DNA of 64,000 nt from Amoebidium appalachense. Taxonomy: Eukaryota; Protista; Ichthyosporea. Location of the stretch: positions 10,628,161 through 10,692,160 of the forward strand of contig CAVNZM010000001.1 in assembly GCA_963693365.1 (NCBI GenBank), read 5' to 3'. Both the position numbers and the translations under genes were made by a program. Position 1 is the first letter of the stretch. Each line of letters starts with the position of its first letter. This document shows, one piece after another, positions 63,319 to 64,000 of the stretch. The notes below the pieces were generated by a model. That model was not told the origin of the DNA and searched no databases. It saw only the letters and a list, made by a program, of their open reading frames with translations.

Positions 63319-64000
63319 CTTCCCATGATTATCGGCAAGACTTAGAAGTTGAGTTTTACATTTGTTTATTAGTTTGTTGTTGTTTGTTTCCTTTTCCTTT
63401 CTTCCTTTCTTTCTTTCCTTTCTGTTTCCGTGTACACCGATATCTTAGATCTGTGTACACATCAAGATATTTAGCCCGCGCACACGTATTGTCGTTTGTG
63501 TCAATGTCTAAATATGTCGTCCAATCAGATCTCGTTGTATTTTCCCAAATATAGTAACCTACATTCCTCATTAATTCTATTCCGTTCCTTTCCCATTCCA
63601 TTCCTTTCTATCCTCATTCCTTTTCCTTCTTTTTCACGACGTAGCATTGTTCTATGTACACCAACTATTAGGAATACTTATATTTAGACGTGTTATGTTA
63701 AGAACATGTATAAATGTATGATGTGAACTAATAGTTACATAAGTGGTTTCATTTTGTTAAATGTTTCCGTAGTTTTCTTAGAAGATTACCTTCATTAGAG
63801 GATTGCGTTTTATCTTCTATGTGTCGACAGGCATTTCGATCGATTTATTTTACACTCACAGTTTTCGTCTTTCTGATTGGAAAATAGAGTTTTCGTTCTT
63901 TTGATTGGTTTATCGATTTCACATTCCTAAGTATAAAAGGAACTTCATCTTGGAATAAATATCAAGCAGTCGAATTCATTTCCTATGGCCCCAGTAATCG

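Noticed and set aside
63340-64000. AT-rich region with CCAAT and TATA boxes, faintly like LTR family C
   Set aside because: It is truncated by the window edge and has no verifiable termini.

Overview
Eukaryotic, repeat-saturated DNA. It has GT-AG introns swollen by poly-G/C tracts and (CA)n/(GA)n microsatellites. The element mix (Ngaro, Plavaka, chromodomain Gypsy, APE-LINE) suggests a fungus or holozoan protist; this is inference. Most ORFs in the supplied track are microsatellite artefacts. Left part (1-30.2 kb): a ~182-bp tandem array interrupted by an internally deleted Ngaro tyrosine-recombinase retrotransposon (1400-5671), two or three spliced host-like genes (one or two GFRP-like, one FAM210/DUF1279-like), and a spliced IS3-like DDE transposase pseudogene. 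Right part (30.2-64 kb): a nest of insertions, most resolvable to the base. An APE-RT LINE (32.2-63.3 kb) is split by a chromodomain Gypsy (34265-60681, TSD CTCGG). That Gypsy contains a 14-kb Plavaka-type DNA transposon and a second, decayed Gypsy, which in turn carry solo LTRs and a solo Ngaro repeat unit. The most striking object is a 659-bp miniature LTR retroelement (33452-34110). Its two identical LTRs each carry a complete tRNA-like Pol III gene and end in AA rather than CA, and the element is flanked by a 163-bp target duplication.
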